Below are positions 1 to 13,634 of a stretch of DNA of 64,000 nt, piece by piece (the stretch's first letter is position 1; each line of letters starts with the position of its first letter). The position numbers were made by a program, and so were the translations under genes. This DNA comes from Chrysomallon squamiferum (taxonomy: Eukaryota > Animalia > Mollusca), in NCBI GenBank assembly GCA_012295275.1, contig CM022677.1, positions 11,904,001-11,968,000 of the forward strand. The letters run 5' to 3'. Below the pieces are notes generated by a model. The model ran no database searches. It saw nothing but the letters and a program-made list of their open reading frames with translations, and was not told the origin of the DNA.

Positions 1-290
1 TTCGATGGATCTATAAGGCCTATTGTTGCTAAATTCATTTTATATAATGACATTGAAATAATGAGAAGAGCTGCACACAAAACACTTATAAACAAGCATT
101 ATGGAGTTAATGAACAATTCCAGAAAGAAATTAATGACAGGAGATATTTACTATATCCACATTACAAACCAGCAAAAAGGCAAGCGTAAAGACTAGTGTT
201 AAATGGTGATAAACTGTATATCGAGGTCAGGCTGTTTACACTGGGAGAGGATGGGCCAGAAGCCAGTATGACATACACCTTAAACTTCTA
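1..290 (+). pseudogene. C-terminal fragment of a LINE ORF1p-like protein (L1/L2/CR1-type), with an internal stop
   Basis: Frame 1 reads RPIVAKF...YGVNEQFQKEINDRRYLLYPHYKPAKRQA*RLVLNGDKLYIE. This resembles the RPIVAKF / NEQFP.EI..RR / DKLYI pattern of invertebrate LINE ORF1 proteins. Confidence 0.7.
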
Positions 291-1519
291 AACATGTGCA
301 TTTTAATTTTCTTATTATATAGCTGTAACACATACTTCTCTGTAATCTACAGTTTATGAGAATGAAGTCATTGTCACTGTACAACTGAGTCTCATCTCCT
401 ATAAAAACACACATTATATTTGGCCTGACTTTTATTTGTAGAATTCCCTGGTTATTAATTATTACTCCTTTTTATAAATAAATAAATAAATTAATTAATT
501 AATAAAGTAAAAAGAACTTAAAATATTAGTGTGATCTGGTTTATAGTTGCTGTGTAATTTCATGAGTTGTCTTAAGGATTATTCTTTATTATATTATATT
601 TTCATGTTTGCTGCTTAATTCAATATAAGAGAAAATATTATGCACATAAATTTGAGAAAAACAAATAAAATGGAAAGGTTCACAATGAATAATGTATTTA
701 AATACCTGCTGGACAGCACCAAATACTTCAACTCTACTGGAGACTCAAGCTGCTCTTTGTTCCAAAATGTCAATTCAAATTTGTATTTATCAACAATTTC
801 TTGAACATTTTTATCCATAACAAGCTGATTTAACTTCTGAAAATAAACAGTTTAAATCCACAGTTTAGTATATTTGTTTCTTTAATTCCTATAAATATAT
901 GATAAATGATCTGAATGTTATTCAGTAAATACTGACATTTTCTTGTTATAAAACTATTCAATAAATTCAGTCAGCATGAATCAATATAATTATTACACTA
1001 AAAATTGAAATATAACCGTTTTTAAATATTTTGTTTTGTATTCTAATGAGATTTAATGATGCAGTTACCAATTCAAATTATTTACTGAAAGATAATCTAA
1101 ATCTAGACAGATAAAATAAACATGAATTTGAATCATATAATTAAAGTTAAAGTAGAATTTTTCATTCAGAAACACCTTCAACAAAATTAATAAGATCTGT
1201 TTTTCTGTATGAACTGATTTCACACATACCTCAACAGCATTCCTTAAGCCATGTAGTTCTTGGTCATATTTTTGTGAGTTAAGAAGAAACTGTTTTGATT
1301 ACTCCTAGTTCAAATATAAGCTAAAAAGAAATAAAACAATGCTAATGGAAGTATTCTAAGTCACCTGCTGCTCAACTTCCAGGCTTTTGTCTTTGCCACT
1401 GTCATGCACAGTGTCTTTCTTTGCCTGGTTTTAGTACAATCAAGTTATTCAAGTTATTGTAGTTAATTACTACAACAACAACAATTATTACTACTATTAC
1501 TACTACTGCTGCTGTTATA

Positions 1520-1910
1520 CTACTCTTCTTGTTACATTTATCGTAAACAATTTCTCTAAAAAGAACTACTATCAGTACTGCTGCTACTACTACCACTACA
1601 ACCAGTCTCACAAGATACATTACTATTACAAAGCTTTGGAGATAGCATCATCAAGTAAAACATCACCAAGACCAATTCTACATCATTACTGCAAAAAGTA
1701 GTTTATTTTTAATGCTACAAGTACTAATGCTATAACAACTACATTACTACAACAATGGCAATGACTGCTACTACTACTATAACAACAACCTCTATAGATG
1801 TTCTTGTTCTGCCATATTCTTTGATGACATTTCTCTCCTGTGGTGATCTCACAGAATTTTTTTAATTGATTTACCTTTGAAGTTATATATGTATCTGTCA
1901 GAGAGGGAGA
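1520..1910. repeat. Left arm, part 1, of a window-scale inverted duplication (pairs with ~59420-59860)
   Basis: CTTGTTACATTTATCGTAAACAATTTCTCTAAA and GCCATATTCTTTGATGACATTTCTCT match the reverse complements of ~59825-59857 and ~59517-59542. Confidence 0.85.
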
Positions 1911-1979
1911 GAGGGAGAGAGAGAGAGAGAGAGAGAGAGGGAGAAGGAGGGAGGGAGGGAGGGAGAGAGAGAGAGAGAG
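1900..1979. repeat. (GA)n/(GGGA)n microsatellite
   Basis: Directly visible. Confidence 0.95.
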
Positions 1980-2032
1980 TAATTCCAGTGGCAGCAAACT
2001 TTATTCTCAAACCCCAGATTTTTGGAGAACCT

Positions 2033-5000
2033 TGCAATACAGTCTGTACAATTTTTTTTTGCCGTTTCTATACCTCCGAGGTGTGCTCTTTAAGAATATG
2101 AATGATGCCACTCTGTCATCCTTGGGCAATCCGCACAATATGCAAATTAAGGCCGCCATTACTGAAACTCTTATTTTTGTCAATATCTCAGTAACTATGC
2201 ATGGTATCATGTTTGTATGTAAAGAATCAGATTAAACCATTACAGTATCGATCACACCAATATTTTCTGCAAAATATGCAAATAGGGGCACCATTTACAC
2301 TTCGAGTTCTTTAAGTGTTTGCCACAAGCACGAACCCTATCGAGTTCGGTGGCTTCAACACCAAGTTGTGTAAAGAGCAAGGGCAGAGTGTGAAACCAGC
2401 GACAAAAGCAGTGTATCTGCCACTGATTGATATGAATCCAGCCCACCCGGACTCCATGCTCACAGCCATGAGCGAGACTCAACGTCTAACGAAGGAATGT
2501 GGACAGGACATTACTGTTCTGACAACTGATCAGCAGCTCTACAGAGTTGCAATCAATGTGAAATGGGTTTACCCAGAGGGATTCTCGGATTTCATACCAA
2601 GGCTCGGGGGCATGCACATGCTCATGAGTTTTATTGGCCATGTTGGCATATTGATGGCCGACAGTGGTCTTGAGGATATCTTGTAATCGTGTTTTGGAGG
2701 TGTGGCACACATGCTGTCGGGGAAGAAGTTCCCACAGAATTTTAGAGCCCTTCGGTTAGTGACAGAAGAACTGTTGTGTGCACATCTGGAAGGATGTGAA
2801 AGTCACGAGGAGATGCTTGGAGCGCTTGAAAGCATCTCCTTAAGAAGCATCACAACTCGGCTCTGGGTTCAGAACCTGATAAAACCTGTCTTCATCAAGA
2901 TGGTCTTCGTGTGGGCAGAACGAGAGGCAGACTGGCCACTCCACCTTTGGGCAGTAGAGCCAATGATGCCATACTTTTTTACCTCTGCTCACTTCAACTG
3001 CGCCAGATACGGGTTGTACTACCTGAGTACAATGAAGCGTCTCCCACCTGAAGTGCTTCAGAGCTTCATGAGAGGAGAACACACCATGCGTCACAAGCCA
3101 GGACTCTGGAACGGGATCTGGTCCGACATGTGGATAGAGACAACCTTCATGCGTTATGGGCATGGTCCAAATGGAATCATAGGCATAACCCTGAATCCCG
3201 AAACCCTAAAAGTATGCACACCTGCAGCATGATCGTTCAAGATATCGCGGACATGTCCGATGACAGTGGAGAGAGGGAGGTGATGAGTCATAAAGAAGAG
3301 AAGCCATCGCGCATCACTTCGGATGCCAAGGACAGGGACAAGATACGAGATAAACTTCTGACTTGCATCGATCCCCTGGATCCAACTGGTCATCCTGCTG
3401 GTTTGACCAATGTCGTTACTGGTCGGTTTGCACCTGAAACGGTGAACGCACATGATGCAGTGGATATTGGGTCAACTTGTGTCATTTGAAAAGAGCTGGC
3501 CTGGCAGATTTAATGCATCCTTATCCAGGTTGGTGGTGAAGAGAAAGGCAGTAAGGGTTGGGAACAATAATGTGTATGACACGAATCTCATCTATTCGCG
3601 GGTACTAGGGTTGCAACAGTCACAAGACATTGATATCAAAACTGTCCTTGCGCATGAAATGTCACGCGTGCCTACCTCAATGTTTGATGATGAAGGCAAA
3701 ATGAGAATCGCAACTACGAAATCAATGCTGAAGAAGAAGCTGCAGGTGACTGTGTCCCAGCGTTTGGTTGAGAAATCAGAGGTAGAAATACTGGATGGCT
3801 GTGCTATCCTTTGGGTTATAAACTGGCCTAATCAAGGAACTGGGGCAGATTTTGTCAACGGCTTCACGAGGAATGTGATGAAAAGGGTGGCAAGACAGGA
3901 CACAAACCGGATCTTTGATCGCTACTTCGACTTCAGCATTAAAAGTGGAACGCGGGCAGTTTGAGCTGGTGACGAAGCGAGCAGACAACACAAACTGCAG
4001 TTACATACCCCACTGCCACCCCAGAAGGTTGTACCAGTTGTAATTCAGGACGGCATTGTCTTCTGTAGGGAAGATCTCATGACTTGCCATGAAGAAGCTG
4101 ATGTAATAATCATACAGCTGATGGTTAAGGCAGCTGAAAGTGGCATGAAAATCGACATCGTTTGTGAGGACACAGAAGTTTTTGTCCTCCTGCTGCACTT
4201 CTACGCAAAGTTGAACCTGACCTGTTGTCTTACAATGGAAGGACCATGTGCTGAACGAACTACTATAGACATTTGGGCAACTGCAAGTGAACATGCCAGC
4301 CGCCAATGCCCTCTCAGGCTGTGACACTGTGGCTCAGTGCTTTGGAGTAGGAAAAAGCACTGTCTTCAAAGTCCTTAAGAGTGGTGTAGAACTGCTCAAA
4401 TTGGGCGTATTATCTGAGGACATAGGTGACATCACTGAAGAAGCGACAACATTCATGGCTGCCTGCTACGGGGTCAAAAGCTTGGTGACATCGAACATGT
4501 CTGAGGTCCGTGGAGAAGTCTGGTCACGAAGGATGGTTAGAAAAAATTTGACAAAGGCTCCAGAGCTTAAGTAACTTCCAACTTTATAAAGAGGCATTCG
4601 AAAAGAAGGTAAAGCAGGCGCACATTCAGACTGCCATTTGGAAATCCACTCTCAACTCAGAACCTCCAGCATTAGATCCTGTCAAGTTCAGATGGGAACG
4701 TGACGAACGCACTAGATGCTTGATCCCAGTAACATTGCAACCAAACATTAGTGTTGCTCCACCAGAGGTGCTGGAAATGATAAGGTGGGGTTGTGCTACG
4801 GATACACCCTGTTCAATAGCAATGTAGGGATGCTATACAGCTCACAATGTTTTGTGGATGTCACAGAGAAGCACACTGCCGGAATGAGCACACCCGACGG
4901 GTTGGTGACTGTGACAATGTTGTTGAAAGTGACTTGTTTGAGTCAAATCAGTAATGGCAACATGCATCAGCATAAGTTAAGGGGATGTTCTGTAACGACT

Positions 5001-5345
5001 CGGATATACACTGAAGTTGATGAGATTTTCAGTAATGGTGGCCTTAATATGCCTATTCAGCACAAAATATTGGTGTGATCAATACTGTAATGGTTTAATC
5101 TGATTCTTTACATAAAAACGTGTATAGACACCAACATTATTTTTATACTATGCATAGTTACTGAGATGTTGACGAAAACAAGATGTTCAGTAATGGCGGC
5201 CTTAATTTGCATATTGTGCGGATTGCCCAAGGATGACAGAGTGACATCATTCAGATTCTTAAAGAGCACATCTCAGAGGTATAGAAACAGCAAAAAACTT
5301 TGTACGGACTGCAATGCACGCTTATCGGTCCCTACCACCAGACTA
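2033..5345 (+). mobile_element. Decayed, internally deleted Academ-type (AcademX-like) DNA transposon with long TIRs
   Basis: ~250 bp imperfect inverted repeats at ~2033-2285 and ~5050-5318. The right end finishes ...CCACCAGACTA; Academ termini are TAG...CTA. The interior encodes transposase, XPG-like nuclease and Cys-finger motifs. Confidence 0.8.
2315..4860 (+). pseudogene. Fragmented Academ-type transposase/XPG nuclease/Cys-finger polyprotein
   Basis: Collinear ORF pieces broken by stops and frameshifts. Transposase: YLPLIDMNP, TTDQQLY, RLGGMHMLMSFIG, DMWIETTFMR. XPG/FEN1-like: ILDGCAILW, IFDRY, HEEADV, EDTEVFVLL, ALSGCDT..FGVGKST. A degenerate Cys cluster lies near 4780-4840. Confidence 0.8.
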
Positions 5346-5691
5346 TCAGCACATCAATTAGAGCTGTATGTGCATTCTGAAAAAATACAAATAAAATAAT
5401 AAAAATAATAAAAATAATGTTATAAATAAATAACTAGTGTTTCTGTTATTAAAATTTAAATTGTACTGGTACCAGATACTGGATTATTCAGACACAAAGG
5501 GGTGTGGGATATTTTTGATATAATTTGCATAATCATTGTAATGATACTGATGATAATGGCAATAATTTAAATAATTAACAAAACAATAGGAAATAAATAA
5601 ATATTATTCTGCTATTTTACAGTCAATAAAAAGTTGTTAGTATAAAACTTATTTTATTCTCTAAGAAATAAAGATAAGATAAAAAACTCAC

Positions 5692-5792
5692 AACTTGGAA
5701 TTGTGCAGTCTGCAGCGTCTCTACATCTGATTCATCCTTCTCCATAAAGTAAATTTCCTTTCTAAATAGCACCTGAATAATACTGCAATGAC
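5692..5792 (-). pseudogene. Candidate exon of a decayed gene; paralog at ~58510-58608 (+)
   Basis: AG...GTGAGT boundaries and an open frame GHCSIIQVLFRKEIYFMEKDESDVETLQTAQFQV. The paralog reads CSIVQLLSRKGICIMEKDESAVQTLHTAQFQV|GTAAGT. Confidence 0.5.
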
Positions 5793-6005
5793 CTATATAA
5801 AATATTTAATGTCAATGGAAAACAAAGTTTTTAGAAATTCCAACATGAAACATGATACATTATTTTTTTTTATCATTCTACATTTGTCTGATAAATGCAT
5901 TTTCTGTATTGCTTATTAACATTTGTGCAATATTTATCTCTGTCTCTCTCTCTCTCACACACATGCACACACACACATATATATATATAAACTAATAAAA
6001 CATAC

Positions 6006-6345
6006 CCTGCCACTGTTGAGAGGTTCATTACAGGCCTGACACATCACTTGACACCAGACTATTGATTGACAGTGTAGCAGATGAAGTGTTTTTACCAGCA
6101 TCAGTTTATTTTCACAAAACTGCAGACTTCAGTGGTGCTCTGCTCTTTCCTTCTTGTTCCTGTCCATGCTGATTATAAACCATTGATATATCATATTATA
6201 GTATTCCAGCAGCACTTTCACTCTACAGTGTGGTTCTGGTCAATGATTGTGTAGCAGGATGAGAAATTTATAAAATGTTTCACTCACATCTGATTTTTCA
6301 TAGAAACATTCTTTCAATTCATTTGGAACATTTTCTCCATATGTC
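6006..6345 (-). pseudogene. Candidate Ig-domain-like pseudo-exon; partial paralog at ~58125-58360 (+)
   Basis: 340-bp segment bounded by CAG and GTATG. Allowing frameshifts, the two copies give HTVEC-SAAG....IY(Q/R)WF and later SATLSINSLVSSD, resembling Ig B/C and E/F strands. Stops are present. Confidence 0.4.
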
Positions 6346-6923
6346 CTGGAAAACATCCCAAATAAACAATTATGATAAGAAAAAGAAAATGAATAATAAT
6401 AATAAAGACTAAAAAAATAATAATAAAAAATAAAACATAATAATAACAAAAAGTAGTACTAATAATAAGATTAAAAAAAAGGAAATAGAACAAAACAAAA
6501 CAAAATGTAAATAAATTAAAATTGACAATTAAGAAAAGAAGGGAAACAAAGAACAGTTATCACTGAGGATAACAAATTATTTGTGTGTGTGTTAAATATT
6601 ATAAAAAATAATTGTATTAATATTTTACAGTGTCTACATATGAAATAACCTGGTCATATTTTTCTTAAATTTTTATTTATCTTTATTTGTTTTTATTGTT
6701 AACATAGAGCTATACAGTATTTAGCTTAAATAATGAAACTATTTATAGCCTCACCCATTATAACCTTTAATATGTATAAAAAATCAATTAAATATGTTTA
6801 ATAATGTATAGAGCATGAATTTAACATGAATTTAAAAACAAAAATCATAAAAAACGGACAGAAAACAACCTGTGGAACAAAATTAGCATATTTTTTTTTA
6901 AATGGTTTATTAGTTTATTTCAA

Positions 6924-6968
<45 letters not shown>

Positions 6969-7849
6969 AATCCTTTGACAGTTAACACATGGTCGTGTGA
7001 TGTGTGCTACACAAGTCAATTTATTTTAAAACAAATTTAATTACTCGTCATACAAAATTTGCCCTCGATATATCAGTGATTGGTAAAACAAAATTAAAGA
7101 CTAAACATTATTTCTTGTTTATATGACGTTGTTTATGCTGTTCACATTAGTACAACCACTGGTGAATTTTATTATTAATCGAGTGTCATTAAATTCAACA
7201 TCAACAAAAAAAAAAAAAAAAAAAGGTAAATAAATAAATAAATAAATATTATTCCAAAATAAGATGGCTGCCATCACGTGTATGACTTTTAAATTATAAT
7301 TAAATAAAATGAAAAATATCCAAACACATTAACAACTATAATAATAAGTAGTAATACCTGTCTCCTTCACAAAATGAAATACATTGAGCACATTTTTGTG
7401 TTGCATGATAATGCGATTATCCCAATTCTGTAGAATATTCTTCGAACATTTAACAAGAAAGTAAATCCGCAAAGACCGAAATCATCCCGCATTTTTCCGC
7501 AAATAAGGTACTAAAAAAAAAAAAAAACTAATAAAAAAAACTATTAAATTAATGTTCAAAACAAATAAAATAAAATAATTTATAAAAATATACTAATTAT
7601 AAATCGATGTTGTTCTTCTTTTATTTATTTATTTTTTTATTATTAGCCAATCGTTCAGCGTAAACTTCAAATAAACGGTGTTGTTAATTTTTTTTAACCT
7701 ATTTTTTCTTTCTTCTTATAATTTATATTAATGCACCAAATAAAAGCACAAAGCTTACAACTCACACTAGAATAAGTTGATTATTATTGTCCAGGAATTT
7801 ACCAATACATTTGAAAACATCTGCTCTGAAAAAAATAAAAAATATTCTT

Positions 7850-8600
7850 TTCACTTTTATTAAGTATGACAATTCGTGTCCACATCCTACGTTAAAAACT
7901 ATTATTACTCTTTCTATTAATGAGGCCGTCATTGCCGTCGTTCCAGTATTGTTCTTAACGTCTTGGTGTACATCTCGTTATTCTTTTTCGCTTTTTATTC
8001 GCTGTTCTCTTATTTTGTGGCCGTGCGCCTCCTGTGTTTCTTTTAATGTCGCCGTCGCTACCGTCGTAACGGCGTTGTTTTCATTTTTATTAACTATTAT
8101 TCATAGTTTTTTTAGTGTTCAAATCTTATACTAAAATGTATTATTACCATTTCTATCAATATCGTAGAGTCCTTCTCATTATTCTTTAGCTTTTTTTTTA
8201 TTAATAATTTCTCATACTTTCTGAGCAGGCGAATCACCTATTGAAATATGTTATTGTGATTTCTATTAATGTCGCCGTCGTTCACATGGTACGAACGCCG
8301 TTCCTAAAGTTATTGGTGTATTCCTCGTCATTTCTTTTAGCTTTTTTATTCGCAGTTATTTATATTTTCTGACCCGGCCCGTCCTGTATTAAAATATATT
8401 ATTATTACGTTTATTAATGTCGTCATCATCACCGTCGTAACGGCGTTGTTTTCAACGTTCAACTTATTATTTTGTCTTTTATTAAGTATTACAATTAGTG
8501 TCCACATCCGACATTAAAAAATATCATTACTATTTCTGTTAATAAGGTCGTCATTACCGTCGTTCCAGTATTGTTCTCAGCGTCTTGATGTACACCTGAT
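7850..8600 (+). repeat. Diverged tandem array (unit roughly 100-200 bp) with a GCCGTCGTT core
   Basis: Recurrent ATTAATG..GCCGTCG(T/C)T.CCGTCGT..C..CGTTGTT motif near 7920, 8045, 8265, 8415 and 8545. Confidence 0.7.
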
Positions 8601-9449
8601 TACTGCGTGGATGGGGAAATGGATCATTGAAAAGAAGTTGCTGAAAGGTAAGATTAATGTTCAGCAGACACAGAGAAACACTCAGATACTTGACTCAACG
8701 TCATGAAAATATCACTTGCAGTTTTAACGCAGCCATCACTATCTGTATTAGACGTCATTAGTTTCTCAACAGAGGTGTAGCGGTAATATTAACACACTGT
8801 TTTAGAAAATACAACGTCCGTTTTAGTAATGTGATAATTTTACTAATTCTAAATCGTGAACTAAAAAGGTGTAATTTTACTGTACGTTGAACTTAAATGT
8901 TACATTATATATATATATATATACTATACAAAATATTTATATTCAGAGATAATCTGTTAGATATTAGTGACAATCATAAATGATAATTTTACATGGGTTA
9001 ATGAAAATAAGCGGCTTAATTACGTGTAAAAAGAAAAAGGTGAGAATCAGTTGCTGGTTGAGCGGTGATTTTTACTGTTAAGTATGTTAAGAAATGTTGA
9101 TTTTGTTAATATCGTACAGGTTACATGTAAACATCTCAGAGTTATTTCCCTGGAATCACGACAGTTTGTAGTTTTTATTTTGTCGAATAAACGGCCGTGA
9201 TTTATTTTATATTTTGGGTTAGTAATCGTTCTGAACACGTATAAAAAAAAAGCTATGTGAGAAGTTAATTCACAAATACATGCATTTAGTCATCAAACAC
9301 TCACTAGAATATTACCCAAGCCACGCTGAATCACATACATGTATGTAAAAGAAAAATAAGTAATACTGAGATGAATCTATCTAGAGAGAGAGTTATCTTT
9401 CCTTGATGATGAATATCAGCAGACAGTCATAAAAGGAAGGTATTATCTG

Positions 9450-9546
9450 AAACATTTTAACACTATAAAAGTAAGAATAACAGTTACTGAAAAAGACAAC
9501 ATAACTAGGAGTACAACGCAGGCACGACTCCGGTGATGGCGACGTA

Positions 9547-9598
<52 letters not shown>

Positions 9599-10250
9599 TA
9601 TTTTAATACTGGGTGCGCACACTACGAAAGTAAGAACAATAGTTATTAAAAAGCACAACATAATAACGAGAAGTAGTTCAATGCAGACAGGACAGCAACC
9701 TCGGCGACATTAATAGAAACAATAATAATATATTTTAATGTGGGATGCGCACACTAACAAAGTGAGGATAACACTTAATAAAAAGCGGAACAGAATAATT
9801 AAAACTACTCCAAAAGCGCGAAGAACAACTCCTACACGACGCCAGCTACGGCGACTATAATAAAATATGAAAGTTTAACAACGTTATTAACATGCGCAAC
9901 AGGATAAAGAGAAGGAAACCAAAAACGTTAAGAACAATGCAGCCACGACGGCAATGACATCGTCATTAACAGAACACAGAGTAATAGTACATTTTAACAG
10001 TACTGGTAATAATAATATATTGTAATGCAGGAAGCGCACACTAAACAAGTGATAATAATAGTTAATGAAAAGACAGCACAATAATTAAACTAATAACGTT
10101 AACGCAGGTAGACGGCAACGACGTCGACATGAATACAAATAGCAATAATATATTTTGAAATAGGATCTACACACTAACAAATTAAGGACAGCAGTTAATA
10201 AAAACCTCAAAAGAATAATGACAAAGACAAGAATACCGTGCAGGACAACG
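9450..10250 (-). repeat. Inverted copies of the same diverged array
   Basis: ACGACGGCAATGACATCGTCATTAACAGAA and GCGCACACTA..AA.T.AG.A.AA.AGTTAAT recur and match the reverse complement of the 7850-8600 units. Confidence 0.65.
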
Positions 10251-10262
10251 TAGACAGGTTAT

Positions 10263-10670
10263 ATACCACCAAGTACATGTTCAGTAACATGTGGTCACAA
10301 TGGTTCAAGGACTCGGACTAGAAGAAGAGTATGTAACAATGAGGTACTGGAGGTTGTGGTCCTCAGTCTGAATTAGAAAAAAATAAAACAAAAGCATATT
10401 CTTGAGAATAAGAAAGGCTGATAAATCTCCACAGATACAAACAGAGCCTCAATCATGTCGTGTTAAATATGGGCATCATGGACTGATTATAAACAGATTG
10501 GTCTTTGTTCAGTGACACGTGGAGGCAGTGGGCAGATGTGGAACCAAATCACCAGTAATAGCAGAATTACCAAGTCTTGTTCAGCTAATGTTCCTTGTCC
10601 TTCATAAATTATTAAAGTTAAATTATTTATCTGTTTTCTTCACAACTCGTGCAGCTGTAAGCAAGGTAAG
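10263..10670 (+). pseudogene. Degenerate multi-TSP1 coding remnant
   Basis: STCSVTCGHNGSRTRTRRRVCNN, WASWTDYKQIGLCSVT.GG, CGTKSP and TKSCSANVPCP in shifting frames with stops. Confidence 0.75.
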
Positions 10671-10849
10671 CAAATTTGTCTTTATACTGACCGAATTCTT
10701 AAATATATGAATAATTAAATGTGAAATTTAATTTGGCTATTCATTTGAATAATAATAAGAAGAAACGTGGTTATAAAGAAACCCAGGATTATCTTATTTG
10801 TTTAATTATACTTTGGTTCATACAGATATAAGATATATAGGACGTGCAC

Positions 10850-11190
10850 TGTCACGAAATAACAACAATAGCGAACAAAAAGCGAAAACGAACAACGAGT
10901 AGTACACCAAGACGTTAAGAACAATGCTGGTACGACGGCAACGACGGCGACATTAATGGAAATATTAATAATATATTTTAATAGGTGATGCGCCCCCTCA
11001 GAAAGTATGAGGAATACTTAATTAAAAGCGCTAAAGAATAAAAAGGAATACCCGCAATAAAGCTAGGACCGCTGTGACCTCAACGATGGCGAAATTGATA
11101 GAAATATTAATAACATATTCTAATATTGGATGGGCACCGTTAGAAAATAAGAATGACAGCTAATAAAAAAACGAAAAAGAATAATGAACT
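10850..11190 (-). repeat. Further inverted copies of the 7850-8600 array
   Basis: GTACACCAAGACGTTAAGAACAATGCTGGTACGACGGCAACGACGGC is near the reverse complement of 7925-7971. Confidence 0.75.
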
Positions 11191-12641
11191 GAACACCAGT
11201 CTTTTGCTCTCTGCGAATGTCTGCCCTTAAATTCCAGGCAGCAGTTACCATATATGGTCTTGTCACATGACCATACAACTTAGAATGTTGCCATCCTCGG
11301 CAACTGGAGAGAGGGGTAGGTTGTGAGGATTAATAAGCTGACCATCTCGTAACCTAGATGAGCGTCTTACAGGAGCAGCATTTACATCAGCTGTCATATT
11401 CACATCCCGCTGTCAATACAAGGGCAACAAGTAAATGGAACACTCGATCAACATTCTCACTTACGGTTTACAAAACTGATTCTCATTATTGGGGAGATGT
11501 TTGGGAAGATTTAATGCTGGGTTACGGCTATGACAGTGGGGAAATCTGTGCCGTCTGGAAGATGATCAGACTGGGTATCTGACAATAGTACAGTAGATGT
11601 TACATGTGGTGGCTCAATAGTGACTATATCATTTGAATCCAGTATCTGTGGACATTTTTCTGAGATGTAATTAGTCACATGCTCTGTCTGATATTTAAAC
11701 AGTATTAAAATAACAATTATATTACAAACAGATTTCTTAATGTGAGAGAAAAGATGCAGGTAGAATGGACCAAACGATACCTCGTAACGGGATAATTTTC
11801 ACAGACACGATCGGCGCATGAATATGATGATGATTGTTCTTATTAGGTACCATGATGTGAACGGTTTATTCCTGATTCTGGCATGTCAACAATTTGAAAG
11901 CACATTCAGTCACATTTTATACACGAAATGTCCCAGAAAACACTCCACCGCAAGCTGACAAGTAGGAAGCCGTGACCCGGGTACACGTGACGTACTCCAA
12001 TCCCAGCTGGAAGAGCTTGTTCTCCTCTTCTAGTAGTATTTCCTGTCTCCAAATTTGACTGCGATATAATATTAATTTCATTAATCTCGTTAATCGCCCC
12101 ATCTGTTCTTCACACATCTCGTTATCCCCATGCGTCTAAATTTGCCTTAATTGCTCACGCCAGTTTTCCCGTTTCTGGAAGTGGATTAGAACACCTCACC
12201 GCTTACCTAATCTGGAGACTGCCAATTTTGGGAACATACCATGTGAACACGTTACTCTACTAAAACTCCACAGCGGACTGTTCCTTTTTTGTTGTTGTTT
12301 TTTGATAATTATTATTTCTTTTTTCAGTGCATTAAAGGTCGTATTAGACGTAAAAAACAAATTGGTTACGTGTTATTTGAATGATTGCCTTTATACATTC
12401 ATTAAAACACTTGATGCAGTTTTACAAGAGAAAATAATAAAAAAATACAAAAAAATACCAATAAAAAAAATTAAAAATTAAAGGTCCGTCAACCGGCCGT
12501 ATAAAAAATTATGTTTCAAATTAAGTTTTCACTCTTTTCGTTAAAACAAAGAGCATTCAAATTCTAAAATATGTACTATTATGTATGAAAACAATCAGAT
12601 TCCTATTTTTATTTTTTTTAAATCATTGGTCCATGCTAATG

Positions 12642-13331
12642 CAGGGCTCGAAATGACCAATCGCCAGGTCACCAAATGCGAGCAAAGTTCCGTTTAGGCG
12701 ACTAGGGTGTTAAAAAAATTATGGGTTTATCGCCCAAATTTTTTTATCGCAAATATTTAATTCACATAAAAGGATTGCCCATAATTCCATAAGTTGGTGT
12801 ATCGGCTTACCTTATTTGCCGACATCTATTTATAGACACTAATGCTAAAGTGAAACCAGAGAACATTTCGAATCCATACCTTAAAGAATTATCGGTTGGT
12901 TAACGGAGCAACTTATCATAGGAGATAACTATAAGCAAGTGTTTGCTATTGTTTTTCTTTTTCAATTCAAGCATTAATTGGCTAAAGTGAAGACAGCCAA
13001 CAAATATAACGAACTTTTAGACCGTTAAGTTAAATAATTATCGGTTGGTTAACGGAACAAATTATCTTGGGAGATAACTCTATAACCTTGTATTTGCTAC
13101 TGTTTTCCTTTTCAATTCCAGAAGGGTTACTGACTCAGAATAAAAAATAAATTAAAATTAAAATTACATTAAACAATACTAAAAAGAAAAGTTGAATCCC
13201 TGCTTATTTTGTAGAGAAACGTTATTGATTTTCGTGTTTTTGACAACACGCTAAACTTTACTCACTGTCGTCATTTCACGTTGCTTTAATTTGTATTTCT
13301 TTTGAAAAATCCAGGTGTATAATCCTATAAC

Positions 13332-13378
<47 letters not shown>

Positions 13379-13634
13379 TGGGAAGGTCGAAATTTGTTAT
13401 GGCTATTTTAGTTAATAAAGAATTTTTATATTTCATTTTAGATGTTGGCAAATTAAGGTAAGCCTATACGTCCAATTTATCGAACTATGAGCAAACCTTT
13501 TATGTGAAATAAATATCTGCGATAAAATTATTAATAGTGGCTCTTGTGTTATAACTTACAGAAAAAAGAGATAACCGAAAAAATACTTTTTGTGCGACCA
13601 ACCCATAATTATTGTTTTTTAATTTCGAGCCTTG
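12642..13634. mobile_element. Non-autonomous TIR element, hAT-like; the copy starting at ~38284 lacks the right TIR
   Basis: Termini CAGGGCTCGAAAT and ATTTCGAGCCTTG. Internal ~140 bp direct repeat (12845-12970 / 12981-13120). No ORF, and no 8-bp TSD found. Confidence 0.55.

Larger units (their letters stand above)
5346..7880. repeat. Left arm, part 2, of the inverted duplication (pairs with ~56780-58950; partly also ~53680-54560)
   Basis: GGATTATTCAGACACAAAGGGGTGTGGGATATTTTTGATA (5481-5520) is the reverse complement of ~58780-58819. The match continues collinearly with indels. Confidence 0.9.

Noticed and set aside
615-818. 67-aa minus-strand ORF
   Set aside because: No recognisable domain; it runs into AT-rich intron-like sequence.
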